Source: a virus. From it: 64,000 nt of DNA. Under the pieces are notes generated by a model. The model saw only the letters and a program-made list of their open reading frames with translations, was not told where the DNA came from and searched no databases. The translations under genes were made by a program, and so were the position numbers. The stretch lies in the IMG/VR virus record IMGVR_UViG_3300045943_000001, positions 1 through 64,000 of that record; one strand, written 5' to 3'. Shown here one piece after another: positions 50,573-60,535 of this stretch; positions within the stretch are counted from its first letter, which is position 1; every line of letters begins with the position of its first letter.

Positions 50573-52462
50573 TTATGCGGCTTTCTTTAAATCTTCTTTG
50601 GCTTCTTTTAAGAAGGGAATTACAGACTCTTCATAGAAAGAGTTAATGTCCGTTAACTGTGGTATGCCATAAATAGTGTTACACAGTGTCACTGCATTTG
50701 CAATTGGACTTGATGCATAGTTCACACCTAAACGACGGAACTCGATACGATCCAATCCTTCTACCTCACAGACTTCTAACTTGGTAGTCTTATTCGACAC
50801 ATTCAACGAAACAGTGATATGAGGATAAGCACCGGTTACATCGATGTCATCTGTGTCTCCACGTCCACGAGAGCGCCATGAAGGAAGTCCGGCATAGATT
50901 GCCTTACCTTTGTCTTCATTAAGCTCAGCGTGTAACAGAGCGATCCAATCACGCAAGTCGGGTTTAATGTCTTTCCAGACATCCTCTTTCTTACGACCAA
51001 CCGTCCCCCAAACATAACCGTGCTCTAAGGCAATAAACGACAGTTTGTCAGAGATCATAGAAGGCTGAGACTGATAAGACTTCAATTCAGACGATGTGAC
51101 CAGAGAAGGTAACGACAGAGAGTAGTCATTTGTTTTACGGTTCAGATCTTCAATAACCCAGTTATCTCGGATGTTGTACATGACATATTCATAAGGGTAA
51201 TTACGTACCATGAATTTATGCCATTCCGCCGAACCTGCTTGCAAGTGATCTGCTTCTGGAATATAGAGCTTACCTTCAACCCCTTCAGCAATTGCGGTAT
51301 TCTGCAATGAGTAAGATTCCTTCTTACCGCCAGGTGCACGTTTGATTGCATAGAACGACATCCCATCAAACCACTGCCAGTTAGCAGGAGCCTGTACTAC
51401 AGGGAAACGTTCTTGCGGTTCCAATGGGGTTTGTGATCCATCTACTTTGGTCTTAAACTCACGACCTGGGAAATAGAAGTAATCTTGATAAGCCGGTGGG
51501 ATACTTGGATCACTGTAAGTTGCCGCCAAGTCATACCCTTCATTAATGAGAGCTTCTTGATTTCGTTCCATATCAAAGTTAGCATTCCAGCTAACAATGA
51601 AGTCCATCCCACAACGATGCCAGTATTGGATATTCTCATAAACAACTTGACCAGGAGTGTTAACCAGATTCCAATCGATCTTCTCTACATTGTGAAGCTT
51701 CATGTAATCAGCCAGGTGTATAGCTGCACATTCATTAAGCTTACGCAGAATGATCTTGTCATCTTTCTGATCTTCAATAGGGAAATAAGAACGGATGCCT
51801 GCCCAGAATGCATGACTACCATGTGTGGTAGAAGCCATATTAACTGGACCAAACCCACCATCGTCCAAGATATAGGTCTCAACGTCATAGGCCGCCACAC
51901 CAAAAGCTTCCTGAGGTTGGTAGTCGGGATACTTCTTATAGTAACGCTCTTTATAAACAACCGGTACTGTTTCCTGACAACCAAAGACATATGGGTTGTT
52001 CTTGAGATCGGTTAACTTAGCATTACGATCAGGCCGACCAAAAAGAATCTTGCTGATGTTTAATGCTAACCGTGACTCATTGGAGCTAAACTTGTCACAT
52101 TTGTTTGCTTCGATGTAATCACGTTTATCTTTAAAGCCCTGGTATTTCTTCTTAACAATATGGAAATCACGTTTAAAGTTTTCAATTTGTGCGAGTTTGT
52201 GGGTACGTGTTCCATCTTCGTGAACATTCGTAATTTTCGCAACTAAGAGATCATTATCTCGATTAACTTTATTGTAGGAAAGGTATGCGTGTTTGCACAC
52301 ACGTCCAACAATAGGACTTTCATTTTTAGTAACCATCTTGTTCCCGAATGTTATGACGTCGCAAGTTAAATTTTCTACATAATTTAACCCACCCTTTTTA
52401 TTTACTCCGGAGTACCATCTATGCTCGGTATCGAATTCCTGAACCGACCCAACGAATTGCAA
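50573..52462 (-). CDS. family-B DNA polymerase, N-terminal half (3'-5' exonuclease plus motif A)
   Basis: Exo I AAYDVETY (DVE at 51878-51886), Exo II NANFDM, Exo III YNIRD, and motif A DIDVTGAYP (50822-50842) near the C terminus. Start uncertain: TTG 52462 or ATG 52336. Confidence 0.8.
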   Translation of the reverse strand: MQFVGSVQEFDTEHRWYSGVNKKGGLNYVENLTCDVITFGNKMVTKNESPIVGRVCKHAYLSYNKVNRDNDLLVAKITNVHEDGTRTHKLAQIENFKRDFHIVKKKYQGFKDKRDYIEANKCDKFSSNESRLALNISKILFGRPDRNAKLTDLKNNPYVFGCQETVPVVYKERYYKKYPDYQPQEAFGVAAYDVETYILDDGGFGPVNMASTTHGSHAFWAGIRSYFPIEDQKDDKIILRKLNECAAIHLADYMKLHNVEKIDWNLVNTPGQVVYENIQYWHRCGMDFIVSWNANFDMERNQEALINEGYDLAATYSDPSIPPAYQDYFYFPGREFKTKVDGSQTPLEPQERFPVVQAPANWQWFDGMSFYAIKRAPGGKKESYSLQNTAIAEGVEGKLYIPEADHLQAGSAEWHKFMVRNYPYEYVMYNIRDNWVIEDLNRKTNDYSLSLPSLVTSSELKSYQSQPSMISDKLSFIALEHGYVWGTVGRKKEDVWKDIKPDLRDWIALLHAELNEDKGKAIYAGLPSWRSRGRGDTDDIDVTGAYPHITVSLNVSNKTTKLEVCEVEGLDRIEFRRLGVNYASSPIANAVTLCNTIYGIPQLTDINSFYEESVIPFLKEAKEDLKKAA

Positions 52463-52480
52463 GTCGGTGGGTTAGAGTTT

Positions 52481-53752
52481 ATGGATTATCAAAAGGGAGA
52501 TCTCTATCAAGATCTCCTGAAGTTACTCACCACTGTCATTCAAGAAGAACGCAACGGTTGGGTGTTTAAACGTAATGAAGGTAATAATGCAGAAGAATTA
52601 GAACAGATTATTATGCATCATACCGGCATTAATATTGAACTCAGTTCGGATCCAACGCCAAATGCCGCGGTGGATGCAGGTTTCATTAACCCCGGTAATG
52701 TTCTCAACGTTAAAAACATTGAAGGTTTCCTTTCAGCCAGGCAGTCAAGTTTGGGTCAGACATTTAAACGTCTTAAGACCGATGTGTTAAAAGGTTGGGT
52801 AGATACTTCAACAGGTAAGATCGGCGGAGACTTTAGTAAAGTCAAATTCACTCTTTACTTAAATGACTTTATTTCGTTTTTCATTAACCATAAATTCTTA
52901 CAGCGTTATAAAGTCACTATGGCAGAAGCTCTGGCAGCCGTCATTCTCCATGAGTGTGGTCATGTCTTCACCGGCTTTATGCATTGTTACCGTAGTGTGG
53001 TTGATCCTATCATTTCAACCTCAGCGATCAAAATGATTGTAGAAGGTAAGCTGTACGGCAAAGAACGTGTTGATGTGGTTAAAGAAGCTTTTAAAATTCT
53101 GGAAGTGGGACAGCAGGTAAAGGAAGAAGATATTGCTGATTTCACGGGTGACGAGTTCGTCATCTATTTTAATAAAGCCGTCTCTACCCGTGATGTACGC
53201 CGTACACTTTCTCTTGGTACTCAGGATCGTTCATCCGAGATTTATGCTGACCTTTATGCCGCTCGTATGGGTTGCCCTAAGGTTATGATAGCTGCACTGG
53301 TCGCACTTCCTACCATGGGTCCTGTGTACGCTATCATGGCGTTACAGTCATTAACCTTAACGATTATAGCTGCTGCATGTTGGCAACCTGTTCTGGTCGC
53401 CCTTGCTGGGATGAACACGGCTTTCATGATCATTGTTTGTCTTCAGAGTTTCCTGACTCCTGGTGATGTTTATGATACTCCTTACCGGCGTGTGAAAACA
53501 ATTCTTCGTGATTATATCGTTCGTATTAATAACATGAAGAGCATTGATCCAAAAACTAAGGTCACTATGCTGGCTGAAGCCAAGGAAATGGAAAAGATCG
53601 TAACAGATACAAAACCATTCCTGGAAGGTACTTGGGTTGCACGTACAGTTTCTTACATTGCCAGCGGAAGCGATTTCCGTCCACAGGAATTTGAACACTA
53701 CACCGACGAACTGATCGGTCATACCTTATCACTTTATAAAGACGCAATTTAA
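52481..53752 (+). CDS. membrane-anchored HExxH zinc metalloprotease-like protein
   Basis: AVILHECGHVF (HECGH at 52949-52963). The C-terminal region has 2-3 hydrophobic spans (about 53276-53465). Start is ATG 52481 or 52421; the latter would overlap the polymerase gene on the opposite strand. Confidence 0.65.
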   Translation: MDYQKGDLYQDLLKLLTTVIQEERNGWVFKRNEGNNAEELEQIIMHHTGINIELSSDPTPNAAVDAGFINPGNVLNVKNIEGFLSARQSSLGQTFKRLKTDVLKGWVDTSTGKIGGDFSKVKFTLYLNDFISFFINHKFLQRYKVTMAEALAAVILHECGHVFTGFMHCYRSVVDPIISTSAIKMIVEGKLYGKERVDVVKEAFKILEVGQQVKEEDIADFTGDEFVIYFNKAVSTRDVRRTLSLGTQDRSSEIYADLYAARMGCPKVMIAALVALPTMGPVYAIMALQSLTLTIIAAACWQPVLVALAGMNTAFMIIVCLQSFLTPGDVYDTPYRRVKTILRDYIVRINNMKSIDPKTKVTMLAEAKEMEKIVTDTKPFLEGTWVARTVSYIASGSDFRPQEFEHYTDELIGHTLSLYKDAI

Positions 53753-53761
53753 GGAAGTATC

Positions 53762-54196
53762 ATGAGTCATTTAGCTCACATTGTAAAACTTAAACAAGAC
53801 CTTCTCGGTCTGGGTGTGACCAGTCCTGAGGTTCAAGATGGTATTGCCCAGACTGCCTATTCTAAGGCGCTGTTAAATGTTACTGGTTCGGTAGAAATGG
53901 ATGATGACACCCGTTTCAAATTCTGTCGCTGGATTCTGTCTTATTGGAACAACACTACCCCTAATAAAGGTAACTTGATTGTTTCTCAGGTGGCAGACTT
54001 CTATCGCAACCTGAAACAGGTCTTTAACAAGACCATCACAGGCGATGTAGTTATCCTACCTATCGTTGCAACGGTAGAAGCTGCGGGTGAGGTGAAGTAC
54101 ACCGAACTGGAAAGTTACGAAGCTGTTGTACAGAGCCTGATTGATGAAGCCCGCCATAAGCTTCCTCAGTTTAAAGAAACCAATCAAATCGCCTAA
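53762..54196 (+). CDS. hypothetical protein (144 aa)
   Basis: aaggaag RBS. Confidence 0.8.
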   Translation: MSHLAHIVKLKQDLLGLGVTSPEVQDGIAQTAYSKALLNVTGSVEMDDDTRFKFCRWILSYWNNTTPNKGNLIVSQVADFYRNLKQVFNKTITGDVVILPIVATVEAAGEVKYTELESYEAVVQSLIDEARHKLPQFKETNQIA

Positions 54197-54208
54197 TAGG
54201 GAGTCATC

Positions 54209-55783
54209 ATGTCTGATACAGTTGAAAAGACTGATGACGATTCCGTTGAGTTAAGCACCGTGCTGCAACTCAGTCCACATTCTCCTACCGATAAAACATC
54301 AACGGTGAAAAGAGAAGACGGACAGGAACTCATCTCTCTGGACGAAACTTATGAAGTTACCGGTCAAGAAGCCTTAGGTGTTCTGGCGGCTAACTGTCGT
54401 GAGTATCTGAATAACAAACGTTTACACCCTTCAGCGTTCTCTGTGTTACGAGTCAGCGGATGCGAGGGTATGATGCCACTGTATGACCGCATGAACGCGG
54501 TTCGGGGCGGTGAATCATTTCTGGATAAGCTTAAGCAAGGTTTCCTGGTTATCATTAAAGCAGCGAAGAAATTCCTGTTGGCAGTGATCGATTGGATCGT
54601 GATGCGTATTCGCACTCTGCTGGGTTTTGAAAAGACCGAGAAAGAGTTAGCCATTGTTGCTGAGCACAGCGAAGATGTGAAGCGTGAGTTGGTATCGTTA
54701 CTGAATTCACTGATTGGTGCAGATAAAGTCGAACTGAGTATTTCTGAAATGTTCGAAGCACTGCCGGATGAAGTTACTCAGCGCGACGCATTTAGCATTA
54801 TCTATAACCGCAACAAGTCCACTATCGATCAAATTGATACCTTGGCAATCCTCCAGACTAAACTGGAAGAAGTTGAGACGACCATTAAGAATGCCGGACA
54901 TAATGCACGTCAGTCTCGTGGTCGATATCAGCAAGCGGTAGCCAAACTGCGTAAAGCATGGGAAGACAAAGAAACATTTAGCAATGCTGATGTAATTGAA
55001 TTCCGTGCCATGCTGGATAATGAAGTTGGTGTGATCTTGAATCCTGATCCGATTCGTAAGCAATTGTCCAAGCTGGTCGATGAAGCTTATGACATCGACT
55101 TGGGTTCAGTAGGTGCCGATAAAGCGTTCAAACAAAATCTGTCTTCATACAAAGACGTACTGGAGAAAAGTATTCCGATACGTGTGACACCAGGTGAGTA
55201 TGAGCGCGTGAAGAAAGTCGGTGAACGCATGGGTGCTATTATGTTGAAAGCCACTGCACCGTTTGACCCGGCGACATTGAACTTCTTAAAAGATGTGATC
55301 GAAGTGAAAGACGCCGAGTTGATTGAATCGATTGATGCAGCATTTGACAAAGTAGGTGTCTTAAAGATGACTTACACGTCTTATTGCTCAACAATCAATG
55401 AATACACCTGGGCGTTGAATCAGCTGATCACGGTAAGTGGAAACATTCGCCGTAGCATCGCGGGCATTGTTAACTGGTCGGTAAAAGTAGATAAGTTGAT
55501 GTTGACCTATCTGTCCAAAGATCTGAAAACGATCATCAACACCGAACAAGAATTGCTGAATGAAACAGGTAACCAAATTACAGCAATTTATGACAACGCG
55601 GGCAACCGTATCGACTCAACGTCGAACATCAATTACGACGAGTTGTATCTGGCCAAACATCCGTACGTCGGTTCAGTACTTATGACCTACCGTGCTAAGA
55701 CTGGTGATTTACGTAAGAACTTTAAAATCATCGAACGTATTAACAGCGGTCTCAAAGCCATGGGCGTTCAAAGCAGGATTTAA
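54209..55783 (+). CDS. hypothetical protein (524 aa), distant relative of the 43402/49885 family
   Basis: agggag RBS. RGGE/SFLDKLKQGFLVIIKAAKKFL resembles AGQE/GFLDxVKKG...K.L of the paralogues. Confidence 0.8.
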   Translation: MSDTVEKTDDDSVELSTVLQLSPHSPTDKTSTVKREDGQELISLDETYEVTGQEALGVLAANCREYLNNKRLHPSAFSVLRVSGCEGMMPLYDRMNAVRGGESFLDKLKQGFLVIIKAAKKFLLAVIDWIVMRIRTLLGFEKTEKELAIVAEHSEDVKRELVSLLNSLIGADKVELSISEMFEALPDEVTQRDAFSIIYNRNKSTIDQIDTLAILQTKLEEVETTIKNAGHNARQSRGRYQQAVAKLRKAWEDKETFSNADVIEFRAMLDNEVGVILNPDPIRKQLSKLVDEAYDIDLGSVGADKAFKQNLSSYKDVLEKSIPIRVTPGEYERVKKVGERMGAIMLKATAPFDPATLNFLKDVIEVKDAELIESIDAAFDKVGVLKMTYTSYCSTINEYTWALNQLITVSGNIRRSIAGIVNWSVKVDKLMLTYLSKDLKTIINTEQELLNETGNQITAIYDNAGNRIDSTSNINYDELYLAKHPYVGSVLMTYRAKTGDLRKNFKIIERINSGLKAMGVQSRI

Positions 55784-55788
55784 TCGTT

Positions 55789-56433
55789 ATGCAAAAAGAA
55801 GAAATCTTTGCCGTACTGGATCGCCTGATTATTGACCAGGACAAATACAACAAGTTTAGTGAATACGTAAACACATTCACAAACGAACCACGTTGTAAGA
55901 AAGGTTGTCTGGCTTTCATTGAGGAGGTATTTAATCTTCCTCAGATCGCTGGTCGGGATCAATTGGCGATTCAGCTGGTATCAAGCAAGACAATGAAGAA
56001 TGCGGATGATACGCGTTTCTTTATTAACAATCACCAGATCACTACAGGGTATGAGAAAGCACTCCAGGAAGCCAGAAACTCATTATTGAAGTTGATGGGT
56101 GATTACGCACTGGATACTTCGCGTCGTTTAGATGAAACAACACTGATGGACAAGTCAGAACGTCAAGTCTTTCTGCGCCGCGCTATCGCTCGTCTTATGA
56201 CCGTGTTTGACAGTCGTCAACAAGTAGCGATCAAAACAGAACAATGGTCAGAGATCGAACCTTATACCTGGATTGACTATCTATCGACCGATCTTGAATC
56301 GTTGATCGCTTCTTTTTGTAGTGGCGATATGGCTACAGCTAATTTTATTTATAGTTGTAGTCTCGATTCTGATCGTAACTTAGAGTCAATGCGTTCGTTC
56401 GTGGAATATCTGGATACGTTTACTGAGTTCTAA
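55789..56433 (+). CDS. hypothetical protein (214 aa)
   Basis: ATG 5 nt after the upstream stop. Bidirectional terminator at 56446. Confidence 0.75.
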   Translation: MQKEEIFAVLDRLIIDQDKYNKFSEYVNTFTNEPRCKKGCLAFIEEVFNLPQIAGRDQLAIQLVSSKTMKNADDTRFFINNHQITTGYEKALQEARNSLLKLMGDYALDTSRRLDETTLMDKSERQVFLRRAIARLMTVFDSRQQVAIKTEQWSEIEPYTWIDYLSTDLESLIASFCSGDMATANFIYSCSLDSDRNLESMRSFVEYLDTFTEF

Positions 56434-56445
56434 ACAAACATAATT

Positions 56446-56475
56446 CCTCTACCTCTCCTTTGGGAGAGGTAGAGG
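56446..56475. terminator. bidirectional terminator between convergent genes
   Basis: Stem cctctacctctcc / ggagaggtagagg, loop tttg. Confidence 0.7.
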
Positions 56476-56489
56476 GTTATGCATGCTTA

Positions 56490-59462
56490 TTACATAGATT
56501 CTGGCAAGTGACGTTTAAACTGGATTTCGATAGCTTCCTTGATAGTCAGGAATTTATCAGCCGTCTGTTCAATGTTCTTCGCCACACTGAAACCGTTAGT
56601 GGTATCCACATTGGTAATAGCGTCGATCTCATATCCACCGGCGGAAACCGTCAAATGAATATCGATAATCTCTGAACCACCATTATCTTTCAGTGCAGAA
56701 ACAATACCACTATGAGAGACCGTATCTTTCAATAGCATATTGTTAATCACTGTGTGCGTGGAAGTATTCAGGTTATCTTTCAGGTTCTGGTTACGCATCC
56801 CGTTTTGGGTTAACATGTAAACGACACTGAAGGTAAGATCGTTCTTAAGTGTGCGTTCAATCATCTCGTTTACGATGGTTCGAGTATAACCCATTGTTGA
56901 GCGAGGTTTGAATACCAGTTTGGTTTCATCCAACACTATCGTGTTGAAATTATCCAATTGAGCGACAACTTGATCCACAAAGAAAGCCTCAGTACTTTCC
57001 ATGTAATCGGTATCGTACTGATCCTGAGAAAGAATGTAAGAAAAGTCAAAACCAATGAAGTCCCAATAATACTTCATCTTTCTCGGTTCTAATAGAACAG
57101 GTTGGTTCTGATCATCAAACACCGTTTGACCTTTCAGGAAGCGCCAGACAGGATTCCCACTTGAATCCATAACTTGCGTGCCTGCACTGTGTTCAATAAC
57201 TGGCAATCCATCGACTAACACTAACTTACGGATTGTGGTGCCGTCAGGACCTGTGACAGTTTGATATTGATACACATCCTTTTCGTACAACTCAGGAACA
57301 TCAGCCTCATACTTCTTATACTGAGCATCTCCCACCATTGGACGAATACGAGTATACAGCGATCCCATGTTGCGTCCAAACTGTACAACGTAATCTGTTT
57401 CAATAATAGAGATGTTAGTACCAGAGAACAATGTCTGGTCAACTTTCATGTCCGAAGCAGAGGTCAGAGTTAATCCCGAACCACCTAATGTAAAGATAAA
57501 GGTAGCCGTTGTTTGAAGATCAACAAAGCTCGTACTGGCAGGTTGCCCGAACTGATTAAATCCAGTTACACCAATCAAATCAGCATCAGTGATATCAAAC
57601 TTACTTGGAATGTCAAAGACAAAGCGACGTTCTTTATCCTCGGTAACACCGGCAAGTTTAGCTCGCATGGTAATCGGGGATGCTACCCCTGATGGTGTAA
57701 AGGACAATTGAAGACCAACGACATCATTACTGAGTTTCTGGTATGCATCGGTTGAGCTGGTTTGGATGGTGATTCGATATCCATCATCAGTGTGTTCAAT
57801 ACCAATGTTCCCCACACTAACCTGAAGCCCCAATGACGCATTCTCAAACCGGAAGGTCTGGTAACGAATAGTTGGATGATTCAGACGGTAGATACGAGTA
57901 ACCGCTCGATTCTTAGTGGTGTCGAACACATAAGCAAACGGCGTATACACCATTGTCCGTTTTGCCATGGTATCGATTTTGTTCTGGTTAGTTGAGTCTT
58001 TCAATGTTTGATATTGACTCTTTGGAACCAGGAACGGAGTCTGTTGCGTTATATCAATCACAGAACGCTGTGGTAACGTTACACGCAATCCATTATCCAA
58101 TCCCCAACCAGAAGCAATCAACTCTTCCAGGCTCGTCAGAATTGAGGCTACGTTCACACCCATGGCCGAGTTAAAGCTCGCAACCGAACTGTCGGTGTAC
58201 AATTTAGAAGCTTGTACCGGCAAGTTCTTGGTTACGCGATAGAGACGATCTGTAATCATGTCAATAGACTTCACAGAAGAATACCCGTTAGTTAACAGGA
58301 ACTGTGAGATGTCATTGTTACTGATCGGAATCAAACGTTGGCGATGTCCATAAATCAACATATCCTTTAACGCCTGGAATTCCATCGCTGACTGACCACC
58401 TGTAATCGGATCCAACACGTCAACTAATAATGTATTAACGGTCGCAAGTGGTTTCTCGAATTGATTCAATGAACCGTTGTCATTTCCGTAATCGTAGAAC
58501 GCGTACTTAAAGTACTGGTTTGTTAATGTCGACAAATCACGGTACATCTCACCTTTCGTGGTGTAGACCAGAATAGTGATACGTGCAGAAGTGATTAATC
58601 CGTTCTGCGTATAGACGGGTGGAACCGACACCTCAAACGTTGTATCGGTCTTCAGATCCACAACCAGCGTGGCTTGGTTAGGGTCGTAGTTTTCATTATT
58701 ATAGATGACTGCCATCTCAGAACGGCGTGTGCTTCCATCCGGTGTAATAAATGCACGTACAGCATAGATGTCATCAGAATACGTAATGACATCTTTAAAA
58801 CCTGCTGTGCCGTTAATCGGTTTATTTGGATACGCAGTGATTTCGAGTTGACGGACTGGCAGATGGATTGCCAGATACCGTAACCGGTCAATATCCAAGT
58901 AAGTCACATCAGGGGTATTCGTCGACAGTGGATTCAGTTTAGACTGACGGGTGCTATCATAAACCACTTCGTAGCCACCGTGATCCATTACACGAATCTC
59001 GACAGGGTTTTCTAGCAGGAAAGGAATTCCTGCAATATCAAATTGGGTATCCGGCGGAATGACCAACTTACGATAACTGTTCTCCAGTGTTCCGCTGGTC
59101 TCGGTGTATCGAATAGCGATCTCGTCCAATGTTTCCTCAGCAATGATGAAACGAATGGTTGTTCCACTGGGTGTTCCGTAAACGCCATACCAATCTTCGT
59201 CACTCATGGTTTTAGACAAGTCACCGATGTTACGTGCATGAACACGGAACTGACTTGCTTCTGCATCACCCAAGCGAGAAATAAAGCCGTATTGCGTACC
59301 GGTTACCAGATCAACCATAAACGCAAAAGGATGATCACTGGAGTTCAGTGTACCCTGCTGTGCATTAAAGGTCGATTCGATATTATTAAAGATAGTGGCA
59401 ATTACGCGGCTAGGGTTATTCGATATTCGGTTTAATTCATCAAAGGTCATGCTGCTACTCAT
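56490..59462 (-). CDS. large hypothetical protein (990 aa), probably virion structural
   Basis: Longest ORF in the window, coupled (ATGA) to the upstream minus-strand gene. The Ser/Thr/Asn-rich, beta-looking composition fits a structural protein. No motif recognised. Confidence 0.8.
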   Translation of the reverse strand: MSSSMTFDELNRISNNPSRVIATIFNNIESTFNAQQGTLNSSDHPFAFMVDLVTGTQYGFISRLGDAEASQFRVHARNIGDLSKTMSDEDWYGVYGTPSGTTIRFIIAEETLDEIAIRYTETSGTLENSYRKLVIPPDTQFDIAGIPFLLENPVEIRVMDHGGYEVVYDSTRQSKLNPLSTNTPDVTYLDIDRLRYLAIHLPVRQLEITAYPNKPINGTAGFKDVITYSDDIYAVRAFITPDGSTRRSEMAVIYNNENYDPNQATLVVDLKTDTTFEVSVPPVYTQNGLITSARITILVYTTKGEMYRDLSTLTNQYFKYAFYDYGNDNGSLNQFEKPLATVNTLLVDVLDPITGGQSAMEFQALKDMLIYGHRQRLIPISNNDISQFLLTNGYSSVKSIDMITDRLYRVTKNLPVQASKLYTDSSVASFNSAMGVNVASILTSLEELIASGWGLDNGLRVTLPQRSVIDITQQTPFLVPKSQYQTLKDSTNQNKIDTMAKRTMVYTPFAYVFDTTKNRAVTRIYRLNHPTIRYQTFRFENASLGLQVSVGNIGIEHTDDGYRITIQTSSTDAYQKLSNDVVGLQLSFTPSGVASPITMRAKLAGVTEDKERRFVFDIPSKFDITDADLIGVTGFNQFGQPASTSFVDLQTTATFIFTLGGSGLTLTSASDMKVDQTLFSGTNISIIETDYVVQFGRNMGSLYTRIRPMVGDAQYKKYEADVPELYEKDVYQYQTVTGPDGTTIRKLVLVDGLPVIEHSAGTQVMDSSGNPVWRFLKGQTVFDDQNQPVLLEPRKMKYYWDFIGFDFSYILSQDQYDTDYMESTEAFFVDQVVAQLDNFNTIVLDETKLVFKPRSTMGYTRTIVNEMIERTLKNDLTFSVVYMLTQNGMRNQNLKDNLNTSTHTVINNMLLKDTVSHSGIVSALKDNGGSEIIDIHLTVSAGGYEIDAITNVDTTNGFSVAKNIEQTADKFLTIKEAIEIQFKRHLPESM

Positions 59463-60511
59463 TTAGGAACCCACCATGTTAACTTAATTCCACTGCGTTT
59501 TTCTTCACGTCGTGGTAGTAATAAAGGATATGCTCCGCCACTGTAAGCAATGTACTCCTGGGAACTTAATTCACGGAAGTAGTTGTTACGTCTATCAGGA
59601 GCAAGGTTCGGGTTATAAAGAAAACTGTGTTCATTGAACGACTGGATCAATCCAAACTCATCTTGGCGTTGCCCTACAGAAGCAAACTGAATAGTAAAGT
59701 CATCCTGACCTTCACCACGTAAAGTGTTCTGAGTGGTATCGATAGAAGCGATTGCGCCAGCTGGATACGTCGTTGGGATAGATTGAACCGTGGCGAAAAT
59801 ATGTTCTAAGAACATTGCGTCTTTGTTCATGATCAAGTGATAGATACGGCAATCGTAATCAACACGGTTACCCATCAAGTACCAATCACGCGGGGTGACT
59901 TGACGATCCCCAGAAACTACTTCTGAAATATAGTCTTCCCAGTACTGGAACAGTGCTTGGATAACAGAAGGTTTTGGGTTGTAATAAGTTTGGTTGATGG
60001 TGAACGATCCATTCTCTTCAAGCTTACTGGCCACACGTTGGTAAACTTGGCTGCGTAATCCCGGTTCAGATGTTTCAATAGAAAGTTGAAGATCACTGAA
60101 TCCAGTAGAGGTTTTAATGAAGGTAGTAAGAGGAACGATAAACGGCATACGGTTATCTAAAATCTTGCCGGCGTTAGCTGCCGCCCAGCGTTCATCTAAC
60201 ATCCCTCTTATATATGCTCCGATACTGTTCTGTCCGGCACCATACAAGCTCACGAGCTTCTCAGAGCGAGTGATATTATCATCTGTGAGATTCAGTTGAG
60301 GTCTGGTAACAAACGGCAATCCTATGGTGTTATCGGATAACGGCATCATTGCCGGTCCCTGACCTAGAATCTTTAACCCTCTTAAAGAGTTAATTAAAGG
60401 CGATGAATATCCAGGAGAAATCCCTTCTAATAGAGACGCATCGAAAATTTCCTCTCTATTTGGAAGGTTCTCCCCTGAATAATTTGTAAAATCATTTTCA
60501 TTTGAACTCAT
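59459..60511 (-). CDS. hypothetical protein (350 aa), probably virion structural
   Basis: First gene of a two-gene minus-strand operon. Confidence 0.8.
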   Translation of the reverse strand: MSSNENDFTNYSGENLPNREEIFDASLLEGISPGYSSPLINSLRGLKILGQGPAMMPLSDNTIGLPFVTRPQLNLTDDNITRSEKLVSLYGAGQNSIGAYIRGMLDERWAAANAGKILDNRMPFIVPLTTFIKTSTGFSDLQLSIETSEPGLRSQVYQRVASKLEENGSFTINQTYYNPKPSVIQALFQYWEDYISEVVSGDRQVTPRDWYLMGNRVDYDCRIYHLIMNKDAMFLEHIFATVQSIPTTYPAGAIASIDTTQNTLRGEGQDDFTIQFASVGQRQDEFGLIQSFNEHSFLYNPNLAPDRRNNYFRELSSQEYIAYSGGAYPLLLPRREEKRSGIKLTWWVPK

Positions 60512-60535
60512 AAATAAACCTTAATGGAGTACGTA

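Noticed and set aside
51485-52015. 176-aa plus-strand ORF inside the polymerase exonuclease gene
   Set aside because: It is antisense to a gene with ordered Exo I-III motifs. Its composition is Ile/Leu/Phe-rich shadow sequence.
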